DNA from: Acidothermus cellulolyticus 11B
GTDB lineage: Bacteria; Actinomycetota; Actinomycetes; Acidothermales; Acidothermaceae
Assembly: GCF_000015025.1 (NCBI RefSeq)
Contig: NC_008578.1
Location: 570,001 to 602,000, forward strand
Length of the DNA stretch: 32,000 nt
Direction of reading: 5' to 3'
Positions 7,924 to 16,527 of the stretch are shown piece after piece (the first letter of the stretch is position 1; each line of letters opens with the position of its first letter). Made by a program: the position numbers and the translations under genes. Under the pieces are notes generated by a model that searched no databases, had not been told where the DNA came from, and saw nothing but the letters and a program-made list of their open reading frames with translations.

Positions 7924-9204
7924 ATGTCACCCGCGCTCGCCTTCGGCCTCGTCATCGCCATCGGCCAACTCCTGCCGGTTCGGCTCCCCGGCGGGCGTCC
8001 CGTCGTCCCACTGGCGGGCGCGGCGGCCACCGGGTACGCGCTGCTCTTCGACATCAACGGCAAGCCTCTGGCGCAGCCCTTCAGCGACGTGGCCATCGCC
8101 GTCTGCGGCGGCTATCTCAGCGGCGCGGTCATCGCCACTCTGCTCGGCCGGGCACCCCGCGGCGTCCTCCTCGTACGCCGGATGATGGTCGCCGTCCTCG
8201 CCGGGGCCGTGTTCCGGTTGGCCGCCCCCGAGCGGCTCTTCAGCACGTCGTACGCCGACCTTCGCCCGGAGCTGTCGCGGACCGCGCTTCTCGTGATCGG
8301 TGTTGCCGCCCTTGCCGCCGCGGCCGATGTTTTGTTCGGCGTCGCAGACGGTGCGATACGGCGGAGGATGCGCTCCCTCGCCGGACTCCTTGGCCTGCTG
8401 CTCGATGAGCTTCGGGCAACCGTTGGTCTCAACGCGGCGGTCGCCGCGACCGCGGTCCTCTTCGCGCTGGGGACGCCCGTCATGGGTCTCTACGCGATTC
8501 CCACATTCGCCGTCCCGCTGCTTCTGACCCAGTTCGCCTTCCGGCGGTTCGCCGCGGTCAGGACGACGTACCGGCAGACGATCCGGGCGCTGGCCCAGGT
8601 CACCGAGGTCAGCGGATACGTGGCACGCGGCCATGGACGGCGGGTCACCGCGCTCGCGGTGGAGATGGCCCGCGAGCTGGGCCTGCCGGAGAGCCAGCTC
8701 GTCGATCTGGAGTACGCCGCGTTGCTCCACGACATCGGCCAGCTCTCGCTCACCGAACCGATCCCCGCCGGCTCCACCTTGGTGGTCCCGCCCGCCGAAC
8801 GGCAGCGGGTTGCGGCGCTGGGCGCCGACGTCATCAAGACGACCGGAGTGCTGGACTGGGTGGCTGCGATCGTCGCCCGGCAAGCGGATCCGTATCGGCG
8901 GCACCGGGAGCCGCCCGATCCGACGCTGCCGATCGAGAGCCGGATCATCAAGGCGGCGAGCGCCTTCGACGACGTCGTCACCGGGCTGTCGCGCAACCGA
9001 GGGGCCGGCGCCGACGGGACGACCGCCGCCGACGACATCAAAGCGATCGATCCCGAGCTGGCGGCCGATGCCATGGAACGGCTCCGCCTGGGCATGGCGT
9101 ACGAGTACGATCCGCGCGTCGTCGACGCGTTGCACGCCGTCTTGGCCCGCCACGGCATCCAGATCGCCTCCCGGGTTTCCTCCCCGCGCGCCGCGACCCG
9201 ATAG
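7924..9204 (+). CDS. Membrane HD-domain paralogue lacking the HHE...GYP motif (degenerate HD-GYP)
   Basis: 426 aa with the same architecture as the upstream gene. Retains ARGHGRRV, LLHDIGQ and AASAFDDV, but has ARQADPYRRHREPP where HHERxDGxGYP is expected. Starts 2 nt after the upstream stop. Confidence 0.8.
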   Translation: MSPALAFGLVIAIGQLLPVRLPGGRPVVPLAGAAATGYALLFDINGKPLAQPFSDVAIAVCGGYLSGAVIATLLGRAPRGVLLVRRMMVAVLAGAVFRLAAPERLFSTSYADLRPELSRTALLVIGVAALAAAADVLFGVADGAIRRRMRSLAGLLGLLLDELRATVGLNAAVAATAVLFALGTPVMGLYAIPTFAVPLLLTQFAFRRFAAVRTTYRQTIRALAQVTEVSGYVARGHGRRVTALAVEMARELGLPESQLVDLEYAALLHDIGQLSLTEPIPAGSTLVVPPAERQRVAALGADVIKTTGVLDWVAAIVARQADPYRRHREPPDPTLPIESRIIKAASAFDDVVTGLSRNRGAGADGTTAADDIKAIDPELAADAMERLRLGMAYEYDPRVVDALHAVLARHGIQIASRVSSPRAATR

Positions 9205-9244
9205 GTTGCTGTCGCTCGACCGCGACGCCGTTGAAGGGGAGGCC

Positions 9245-10609
9245 ATGTTCGAATCCGTCCTGGTGGCGAACCGGGGAGAGATCGCCCGCCGGGTCATCCG
9301 GACCGTCCAGCGGATGGGCTTGCGCGCCGTCGCCGTGTATTCGGAGGCCGACGCTGAATTGCCGTTCGTCGCAGAGGCGGACGAAGCGGTCCTTCTCGGA
9401 CCGCCGCCGCCGGCGGCAAGCTACCTCGACGTCGCGAAGGTGCTGGAGGCGGCGCGGCAATCGGGAGCCGAGGCGATACACCCCGGATACGGATTCCTCT
9501 CGGAGAACGCCGGTTTTGCCCAAGCGGTCCTGGACGCCGGGCTGGTCTGGATCGGCCCGGCGCCGGAGGCAATTGCGGCGATGGGCGACAAGGTCGCCGC
9601 GCGGAACCGGGTCGCGGCGGCCGGCGTGCCGGTTGCGCCGGGAACCGCCGAGCCGCTCACCGATGTCGAAGAGGCGGTGCGGGCCGCGGCGTCGATCGGA
9701 TACCCGCTGATGGTCAAGGCGGCGGGCGGCGGCGGCGGCATCGGGATGAAGGTCGCTTGGGACGACGCCGGGTTGCGATCGGCATTCGCCACTGCGCAAT
9801 CAGCGGCGCAGCGGTTCTTCGCCAGCCCCGCCATCCTGCTCGAGCGGTACGTGCCGGGTGCCCGGCATGTCGAAGTCCAGATCCTGGGACTCCCGGACGG
9901 CCGGGTGGTCGCCCTCGGTGAACGCGACTGCTCGGTGCAGCGCCGCCACCAGAAGGTCGTCGAGGAGACGCCGTGCCCCGTCCTGCCGGAACCAGTCCGC
10001 CGCCGCATGTTCATGGCGGCGGTTCGCGCCGGCGAAGCCGTGGACTATCGCGGCGCCGGCACCGTCGAATTCCTCCTCGATCCGGCGAGTCTGCGCGACG
10101 ACGACCCCGAAGCGGGCGTGTTTTACTTCCTGGAAATGAACACGCGCCTGCAGGTCGAACACCCCATCACGGAAATGGTGACCGGCATCGACCTCGTCGA
10201 ACAGCAAATTCTTGTCGCGGCAGGCAAACCGCCGTCCTTCAATCCCGACGACATCCGCCGCCGCGGGCACGCCATCGAATTCCGCGTGTACGCCGAGGAT
10301 CCCCAGCGTTTCTTCCCCAACCCCGGAACCATCACCGCCTGGGCGGAGCCGGCGGGCGAGGGTATCCGCGTCGATGCGGGCTATCGGGCCGGCAACACGG
10401 TGACGCAGTACTACGACCCGTTGCTCGCCAAACTCTGTGTCCACGGCGTCGATCGGGCCGCCGCTCTGGATCGGGCACGCCGTGCGGTCGCGGCGTTTCG
10501 CATCGAGGGTCCGAAGAATAACGTGCCGTTCTTCGCCGAACTACTGGAGAACGAAGAATTCTGTTCGGGGAAATACGACACAGGTCTCATCGAACGCATG
10601 CGGTCGTAG
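9245..10609 (+). CDS. accC: Biotin carboxylase (ATP-grasp, AccC-like), stand-alone
   Basis: ORF 8633..10609 trimmed to ATG 9245 (MFESVLVANRGEIA...), preceded by GAAGGGGAGG. Motifs HPGYGFLSEN, GYPLMVKAAGGGGGIGM, EMNTRLQVEHPITE and RVYAEDP are present. 454 aa. Confidence 0.9.
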   Translation: MFESVLVANRGEIARRVIRTVQRMGLRAVAVYSEADAELPFVAEADEAVLLGPPPPAASYLDVAKVLEAARQSGAEAIHPGYGFLSENAGFAQAVLDAGLVWIGPAPEAIAAMGDKVAARNRVAAAGVPVAPGTAEPLTDVEEAVRAAASIGYPLMVKAAGGGGGIGMKVAWDDAGLRSAFATAQSAAQRFFASPAILLERYVPGARHVEVQILGLPDGRVVALGERDCSVQRRHQKVVEETPCPVLPEPVRRRMFMAAVRAGEAVDYRGAGTVEFLLDPASLRDDDPEAGVFYFLEMNTRLQVEHPITEMVTGIDLVEQQILVAAGKPPSFNPDDIRRRGHAIEFRVYAEDPQRFFPNPGTITAWAEPAGEGIRVDAGYRAGNTVTQYYDPLLAKLCVHGVDRAAALDRARRAVAAFRIEGPKNNVPFFAELLENEEFCSGKYDTGLIERMRS

Positions 10610-10625
10610 GACGGAAGGAGATTCG

Positions 10626-10841
10626 GTGGCACAGGAAGTCCGCGCCGAAATGGTGGCGAACGTCTGGAAGGTCCTCGTCAACGAGGGGCAGGAGGTGAGC
10701 GACGGCGACACCCTCGTGATCCTCGAGTCGATGAAGATGGAGATTCCCGTCATCGCCGAGACCTCCGGTGTTGTCCGGGAGTTGAAGGTCGCCGAGGGGG
10801 ACGTCGTCCAGGACGGCGACCTTATCGCGATCATCGACTGA
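10626..10841 (+). CDS. 71-aa biotin carboxyl carrier / biotinyl-domain protein (M. tuberculosis TB7.3-like)
   Basis: GTG 10626 preceded by GGAAGGAG. ESMKMEIPV biotinylation motif. Same length (71 aa) as Mtb Rv3221c, from memory. Confidence 0.85.
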   Translation: MAQEVRAEMVANVWKVLVNEGQEVSDGDTLVILESMKMEIPVIAETSGVVRELKVAEGDVVQDGDLIAIID

Positions 10842-10928
10842 CGGTCGGTCGTCGGCGTCGCCGTTGGATCTCGGCGTCGCTGCGGGATCACGGTAAAGCC
10901 GGCCGCCTCGGCGGTCGAAGCAGATGGC

Positions 10929-12008
10929 GTGACGCTGATGGTCGAACCGTTCCTTCGCGCCCTGGTTGAAGCGGCCGGCTCGGACCTGCACTGCAAGGTC
11001 GGGTCGCCGCCCCGCATCCGTATCGACGGCCGGCTGCGGAAATTGCAGACCCGCGATCTGACCGCGGCGGACACCGAGCGGATGGTTGCGGAAGTGATGC
11101 GCAAAGACCTCCTCGAGCAATTCGCGCGCACCAACGAGGCCGACTTCGCGTACTCGTTGCCCGGGGTCGGGCGGTTCCGGGTCAACGCCTTCCGCTCCCG
11201 CGGTTCCGCCGGCCTGGTCTTCCGGCGGGTGAGCGTCGGCGCGATTCCGCTCGAGGAGCTGGGACTGCCGCCGATCGTCGCCTCGCTCGCCCTCGAGCCG
11301 CGCGGTCTCGTCCTGGTGACGGGCCCGACCGGCGTCGGGAAGACGACGACCCTCGCGGGGATGATCGACCACATCAACAACAACCGTGAGGTGCACATCG
11401 TCACGATCGAGGATCCGATCGAGGTGCTGCACTTCGACAAGCTCGCGATGATCAATCAGCGCGAGGTCCGGGTGGACACCGAAGACTTCGCCGTCGCGCT
11501 GCGGGCCGCCATGCGACAGGACCCGGACGTCATCTTGGTCGGCGAGATGCGCGACCAGGAGACGGTCAAGGCAGCCCTCTCCGCTGCCGAGACCGGTCAC
11601 TTCGTCATGTCCACCCTGCACACCACTGACGCACAGGAGACGGTGAACCGGATCATCGATTTCTTCCCGCCGCATGAGCAGAAGCAAATCCGGCTCTCCC
11701 TGGCAAGCACGCTCCGCGGCATCCTCTGCCAGCGGCTCGTCCCGCGGGCGGATGGTGAAGGACGGTGCGTGGCGATGGAGGTGTGCATCAACACCGGCCG
11801 GATCGCCGAGGCGATCGTCGACCCCGAGAAGACCGACCAGATCACCGACCTGATCGCAGAAGGCGGCTATTACGGGATGCAGACGTTTGACCAGCACCTC
11901 GTCGCGCTCATCCGTGACGGGGTGGTGACGCTGGAGGCCGCGATGGCCGCGTCCAGCAATCCGCACGACCTGACCGTCGAGCTCCGGCGGCTTGGGCTGG
12001 TCGCTTGA
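10929..12008 (+). CDS. pilT: PilT-family type IV pilus retraction-type ATPase (orphan)
   Basis: 359 aa. Walker A GPTGVGKTT, Asp box IVTIEDPIE, Walker B DVILVGEMRD, His box GHFVMSTLHT. Start is GTG 10929 or ATG 10938. Confidence 0.85.
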   Translation: MTLMVEPFLRALVEAAGSDLHCKVGSPPRIRIDGRLRKLQTRDLTAADTERMVAEVMRKDLLEQFARTNEADFAYSLPGVGRFRVNAFRSRGSAGLVFRRVSVGAIPLEELGLPPIVASLALEPRGLVLVTGPTGVGKTTTLAGMIDHINNNREVHIVTIEDPIEVLHFDKLAMINQREVRVDTEDFAVALRAAMRQDPDVILVGEMRDQETVKAALSAAETGHFVMSTLHTTDAQETVNRIIDFFPPHEQKQIRLSLASTLRGILCQRLVPRADGEGRCVAMEVCINTGRIAEAIVDPEKTDQITDLIAEGGYYGMQTFDQHLVALIRDGVVTLEAAMAASSNPHDLTVELRRLGLVA

Positions 12009-12117
12009 GCCGGCTGCCGCTGTGCGATCCACTGGCTGCCGCTGTCCGGTCCGCGTGAGCCGGCTACGGCTGTGCGATCCGTCGGCGGTCGCTGTCTGGT
12101 TCGACTGAACCGGCTGG
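12006..12117. repeat. Tandem repeat (50-bp units with 25-bp sub-period, about 2.2 units) between convergent pilT and dasR
   Basis: Unit 1 (12006-12055) versus unit 2 (12056-12105) is 39/50 identical. Both start TGAGCCGGCT...GCTGTGCGATCC. A third partial unit begins TGAACCGGCTGG at 12106. Unit 1 starts on the pilT TGA, and the dasR 3-prime end lies in units 2-3. Confidence 0.65.
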
Positions 12118-12870
12118 TTGGGTGGGACGGCGCAGCCGGGCGACGAACTTGTACCGATCGCCGCGGTAGAACGAGCGGACGAACTCCACCGGCCGGCCCT
12201 CCTCGTCCAAGCTGTGCCGGCTGAGCAGGAGGAGCGGGAGTCCGACATCCGTGCCCAGGAGGTGGGCTTCGCGAGGGGGCGCGGGAACCGTCTCGATCGT
12301 TTCTTCCGCCTCCAGGAGGTGGACGCCGTACCGTTCGGCCAGGGCGGTGTAGAGCGAGGCATATTTGGCCAGCTGCCGGCGCAACCCGGGGAATCGTTGT
12401 GCGGGGAGGTGCGTCACCTCAATGGCCATCGGTTCGCCGTTCGCCAGCCGCAACCGTTCGATGCGGAGCACGCGCGTGCGCGGCCGGACGGCGAGCCGGT
12501 CGGCCAATACCTCATCGGCCGGGATGTAGCTGACGTCGAGCAGCCGGGAGGTCGGCTCCAACCCTTGGGCGCGCATGTCCTCGGTGTAGCTGGTGAGCTG
12601 CAAGAGCTGGGCGACTTTTGGCTTGGCGACGAAGGTTCCCTTGCCCTGGATGCGCTCCAGCCGTCCTTCGAGGACCAACTCCTGCAGGGCCTGGCGGACC
12701 GTCGTCCGCGACGTGCCGAACTGCGCGCTGAGGGTCCGCTCCGGCGGGACGGGGCTGCCGGCGGGCAGCGTCTCCGTCATGGCAAGGAGCTGTTGTTTGA
12801 GGGTGTAGTACTTCGGCACCCGCGGCTCATCGCCGGGCAGCTCGTCGATCTGCGGCGAAGTGGCCGTCAA
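12064..12870 (-). CDS. dasR: GntR/HutC-family regulator DasR
   Basis: Near-identical blocks to S. coelicolor DasR as I remember it ([78 protein letters not shown]). TTG start preceded by GGAGGA. Confidence 0.9.
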   Translation of the reverse strand: MTATSPQIDELPGDEPRVPKYYTLKQQLLAMTETLPAGSPVPPERTLSAQFGTSRTTVRQALQELVLEGRLERIQGKGTFVAKPKVAQLLQLTSYTEDMRAQGLEPTSRLLDVSYIPADEVLADRLAVRPRTRVLRIERLRLANGEPMAIEVTHLPAQRFPGLRRQLAKYASLYTALAERYGVHLLEAEETIETVPAPPREAHLLGTDVGLPLLLLSRHSLDEEGRPVEFVRSFYRGDRYKFVARLRRPTQPAGSVEPDSDRRRIAQP

Positions 12871-13166
12871 CCGGTCCTCCGTCTCGTTGTCGGGTTGGGG
12901 TCCGGACCGTGGGGGAGACCAGCGCGCAGGCGCGGTCTACGGAAAAACTACTCGCCATTGGTGGGGTTTCGTCGATGGCGCGGCACCGCGGCGCCGATTC
13001 GGCCACCGGTGTGCGGTGGCGGCGGTGATCCGGCGGTCGGCGTGCCGTGCCGGTCGCCAGCGCGTGCCTGACCGACAATACGGGGGAAATCGTCACAGAA
13101 CGCCTCGGTTAGGTCACGGTTTCGAAACGACCAGGCACAGCGAGGGCGAAAGGACTTGACAGCGTC

Positions 13167-13204
13167 GGTGGTCTATGCCAACCTCACGATTGGTCTAAAC
13201 CAAT
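13167..13204. promoter_or_regulatory. Two DasR-responsive elements (dre) upstream of the ABC transporter operon
   Basis: GGTGGTCTATGCCAAC (13167-13182; core 10/12 to TGGTCTAGACCA) and ATTGGTCTAAACCAAT (13189-13204; core 11/12, palindromic). They lie just after a TTGACA hexamer (13155-13160). Confidence 0.7.
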
Positions 13205-13252
13205 CGCGCCGAGTCTCGGCGTACTCGGCTGACCGTGAATCAGGGAGGACGT

Positions 13253-14590
13253 GTGAAATCTCGGTACCTCGCCGCGGCGGGCATTGCCGCGGTTCTCGCT
13301 GTTGCCGGATGCAGCAGCGGCAAGTCGTCAAGCGGCGGGTCGAGTGCCAGCCCGACGCCGGCCGGCTCGAGCTCGGCTTCGGCGAGCTCGAGCGCCAACA
13401 CTGCCAGCGGCACGCTGACGGTCTGGCTGCAGACCGATGCCCAGACCGGGTGGCCCAAGGAGGTCGCGGCCGCCACCCAACGGTTCAACGCGAAGTACCC
13501 CAACGTCAAGGTCGACGTCCAGTACCAAACGTGGGCCGATCACCTCACCAAACTCGATGCCGCGCTTGCGGCCACCCCACCGGATGTCGTCGAACTTGGG
13601 AACACCGAGACGACGAAGTACATGGCCACCGGGGCGCTCGCCGACATCACGGCGGACAAGGGCAAGTTCGACAACTCCGACACGTGGTTGGCGGCGCTCG
13701 AGCAGTCGGTCACCTACAACGGCAAGCTGTACGGCGTGCCGTACTACGCCGGGGCGCGGGCCGTGATTTACCGGACGGACCAGTGGCAGGGCGCCGGCTT
13801 GTCCAACCCGCCGACCACCCTTGACGAGTTCCTCAAGGACGGCGAGGCGCTCAAAGCCAAGTACGGCGCGAACGACCCGAACTACTCGGCGTTGTACTGG
13901 CCGGGCAAGAACTGGTACGGTGCGATGTCCTTCGTCTACGGTTACGGCGGCGCCATCGCAACGCAGGACTCCAGCGGCAAGTGGACGGCGACCCTTGAGT
14001 CACCGCAATCCCAGGCCGGCCTCGCTGAACTCAAGAAGATTTACGACGCGCTCAGCAAGGCACCGGCCGATTCCGATGAGTCCAAGCAGGACAGCATCAT
14101 GGCGCAAGGACACGTCGGCATGATTTACGGCAACGGCTGGGAGGTCGGTGTCATCACCGGCCCGAAGGACAAGGGCGGCAACCCGGACCTCAAGCTGGCG
14201 GCATTCCCGATGCCGGGTCCGGACGCGAGCAAGCCGCTGCCGAGCTTCCTGGGCGGCTCCGACCTCGTCATTCCAGCGGCCAGCCAGCACAAGGACTGGG
14301 CCGAGGAGTGGATCAACGACTTCGTCGGGAACACCGGGATGACGGCCCTCGTCAACGACGCCAAGGTGATTCCGAACACGACGTCGTTGCTGAGCCTTCT
14401 CGGCGACAACGCATTCGCCAAGGCGGCGTCCAACAGCTGGTTCGTGCCGACCGCCAAGAACTGGGCGGACGTTGAGAGCCAGAACATCCTGCAGACGATG
14501 CTCGCCAACATCCTCGGCGGCAAGCAGTCGATTGCGGATGCGACGAAAGCGGCGGACGCGCAAATCAACCAGATCCTCAACGGAAGCTGA
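13253..14590 (+). CDS. Sugar ABC transporter substrate-binding lipoprotein (GlcNAc/chitobiose type, DasA/NgcE-like)
   Basis: ORF 13235..14590 trimmed to GTG 13253 after AGGGAGGA. Signal peptide plus lipobox LAVAGC. Family-1 SBP features. Context is dasR and the nag genes. Confidence 0.85.
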   Translation: MKSRYLAAAGIAAVLAVAGCSSGKSSSGGSSASPTPAGSSSASASSSANTASGTLTVWLQTDAQTGWPKEVAAATQRFNAKYPNVKVDVQYQTWADHLTKLDAALAATPPDVVELGNTETTKYMATGALADITADKGKFDNSDTWLAALEQSVTYNGKLYGVPYYAGARAVIYRTDQWQGAGLSNPPTTLDEFLKDGEALKAKYGANDPNYSALYWPGKNWYGAMSFVYGYGGAIATQDSSGKWTATLESPQSQAGLAELKKIYDALSKAPADSDESKQDSIMAQGHVGMIYGNGWEVGVITGPKDKGGNPDLKLAAFPMPGPDASKPLPSFLGGSDLVIPAASQHKDWAEEWINDFVGNTGMTALVNDAKVIPNTTSLLSLLGDNAFAKAASNSWFVPTAKNWADVESQNILQTMLANILGGKQSIADATKAADAQINQILNGS

Positions 14591-14650
14591 GGGTGACGCG
14601 AGGTACGCCGTACACCGTCTGTGACGAGACGAGCAATGAGGAGTGACAGC

Positions 14651-15640
14651 ATGGTTGCCGCCGGGACCGAGGTTACTGCGCCGTCCCGGCGGCAACCGTC
14701 TCATCGTGTCCGCGGACCGCGGCGTACGCCGTTCCGCCGCCGGCTGGTGCCGTATCTGCTGGTGCTGCCGTCGCTGGTCGTCATCGGTTTCGTTCTCGGT
14801 TACCCGGTCTACAAGCTCTTCGAAATCTCCTTCCAGCGGTTCGGTTTGCCACAGATCCTCAACATGTCGAATCACAAGCTGGGTCAACCGCCGGTCTGGG
14901 TCGGCTTTGCGAATTTCCGAGCCGCGCTGACGGACCACCAGTTCTGGACGGTGCTGTGGCGAACGCTACTGTTCACCGCGGCGAACGTCGGCGCCACGAT
15001 GATTATCGGCACGTGGCTCGCGGTGCTGATGCGGCGTATCGTCCGCCCGCTGCGGTTGGCGTTGACCGGCGTCCTCATCTTCGTGTGGGCGATGCCGCAA
15101 CTGGTCTCCGTGACGATCTGGAACTGGTTGTTTGACCAGCAATTCGGTGTCGTCAACTACACCCTGACCAAAATCGGCCTTGGGAATTTCCTGCACCACA
15201 ACTGGTTCGAGAATCCGGTCGAAGGCTTCGGCGTGGTGACGTGCGTCGTCGTCTGGGGTGCGATTCCCTTCATCGCCATCACGATGCACGCGGCGCTCTC
15301 CCAGGTTCCGGACGAGCTTGTCGAGGCTGCCCGGGTTGACGGGGCCGGTGCGTGGCAGATTTTCCGGAGGGTCACGTTCCCGATCCTGCGCCCGGTTGTC
15401 GTCATCTTGACGAGCCTGTCCATCATCTGGGACTTCCAGGTGTTCACTCAGGTCTTCGCGATGCGGAACAACCGGCCGGAGCCGTGGTATTACCTGATGT
15501 CGATCTACGCGTTCATGGAGTCGTTCCGCGCGCACAACTACGGCTATGGCGCGGCCCTGTCCTTGATAATTCTTGCGGTGATGATGGGAGTCTCGGTGGT
15601 GTACGTCCGCCAGATGGTGAGGATCGGCGATCTGCGATGA
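14651..15640 (+). CDS. Sugar ABC transporter permease (MalF/DasB-like)
   Basis: Multi-TM ORF with an EAA-loop-like segment (ELVEAARVDGAGAWQIFRRVTFPIL). Start chosen at ATG 14651 after GAGGAG; alternatives are 14621 and 14636. Confidence 0.85.
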   Translation: MVAAGTEVTAPSRRQPSHRVRGPRRTPFRRRLVPYLLVLPSLVVIGFVLGYPVYKLFEISFQRFGLPQILNMSNHKLGQPPVWVGFANFRAALTDHQFWTVLWRTLLFTAANVGATMIIGTWLAVLMRRIVRPLRLALTGVLIFVWAMPQLVSVTIWNWLFDQQFGVVNYTLTKIGLGNFLHHNWFENPVEGFGVVTCVVVWGAIPFIAITMHAALSQVPDELVEAARVDGAGAWQIFRRVTFPILRPVVVILTSLSIIWDFQVFTQVFAMRNNRPEPWYYLMSIYAFMESFRAHNYGYGAALSLIILAVMMGVSVVYVRQMVRIGDLR

Positions 15641-16527
15641 CGGCTCTTCCTACGACGGTGGTACGGGCCGGCCGGCGGCGGTCCCGGCGGGCGGGCGGCG
15701 TGACGAGCCGCGTCGGCGGCATCGCCGCCCACATTGCGGCGGTCGTGGTGCTGGTCGTCATGCTCTTCCCGGTGTACTGGGCGGTCTCCACCTCGTTCAA
15801 ACGAGGGCTCGACATGAACCGCATCACCCCGCTCTGGTTTCCGATTCCGGGGACGCTGCAGCATTACCGGGACGCCTGGCACAAGGAATTCTTCCTCTCC
15901 AGCTTGAAGAATTCAGCGATTGTCGTGGCGAGTGTCGTCGTCATCTCCATTGCGGTGGCGTTCCTCGCTGCGATTGCGATCGCCCGTACCCGGTTCCGTG
16001 GCCGCAAGGCGTACATCGTCCTCATCATGGGCATCCAGATGATCCCGCAGATCGCGTTGATTCTGCCGCTCTTCGTCATGTTGAGCTACGTGCACAAGCA
16101 GAACACCGTCGTCGGGTTGACGTTCACCTACCTGGCGTTCATCCTGCCGTTTTCGATCTGGACCCTCCGCGGCTTCGTCGCCAACATTCCGGTGGACCTT
16201 GAAGAAGCGGCGATGATCGATGGATGCAGCCGTCCCGGCGCCTTCCTCCGGGTGACATTTCCCCTCATTGCACCCGGACTTGTCGCTACCGCCATCTTCG
16301 CGTTCATCCAGTCGTTCAACGAATTCCTCTTCGCATACGTCATCATGCAGGACAACAACAAATGGACCGCATCGGTCTGGCTGGAGTCATTCCTGACCCA
16401 ACAGCAAATTGACTGGGGTGGCCTGATGGCGGGTGCCACGATGCTGTCGATTCCAATCGTCATCGGTTTTCTCCTTGTCCAACGGTACGTCGCGGTCGGT
16501 CTCACCGCGGGAGCGGTGAAAGGGTGA
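15637..16527 (+). CDS. Sugar ABC transporter permease (MalG/DasC-like)
   Basis: ORF 15352..16527 trimmed to ATG 15637 (ATGA overlap with the upstream stop). EAA loop: DLEEAAMIDGCSRPGAFLRVTFPL. Confidence 0.9.
   Translation: MTALPTTVVRAGRRRSRRAGGVTSRVGGIAAHIAAVVVLVVMLFPVYWAVSTSFKRGLDMNRITPLWFPIPGTLQHYRDAWHKEFFLSSLKNSAIVVASVVVISIAVAFLAAIAIARTRFRGRKAYIVLIMGIQMIPQIALILPLFVMLSYVHKQNTVVGLTFTYLAFILPFSIWTLRGFVANIPVDLEEAAMIDGCSRPGAFLRVTFPLIAPGLVATAIFAFIQSFNEFLFAYVIMQDNNKWTASVWLESFLTQQQIDWGGLMAGATMLSIPIVIGFLLVQRYVAVGLTAGAVKG

Noticed and set aside
8633-9244. N-terminal extensions of true genes in the ORF track (for example accC from 8633, SRAP from 360, sodN from 28042, DAGK from 24688)
   Set aside because: Family N-termini (MFESVLVANRGEIA, MCGRY, MKVL...HCDLPCG, MRALILVNP) and SD sequences support the internal starts. 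The extensions overlap upstream genes.
7927-9297. 456-aa minus-strand ORF antisense to the degenerate HD gene
   Set aside because: Same shadow-ORF composition (R/G/D/P rich) with no motifs. The plus-strand gene has clear TM and HD-domain features.
10587-12362. 591-aa minus-strand ORF spanning the BCCP, pilT and dasR region
   Set aside because: Antisense to a complete PilT ATPase and in a different frame to dasR. The translation is low complexity.
12118-13071. 317-aa plus-strand ORF antisense to dasR
   Set aside because: dasR on the minus strand is near-identical in blocks to the known DasR. The antisense translation is featureless.
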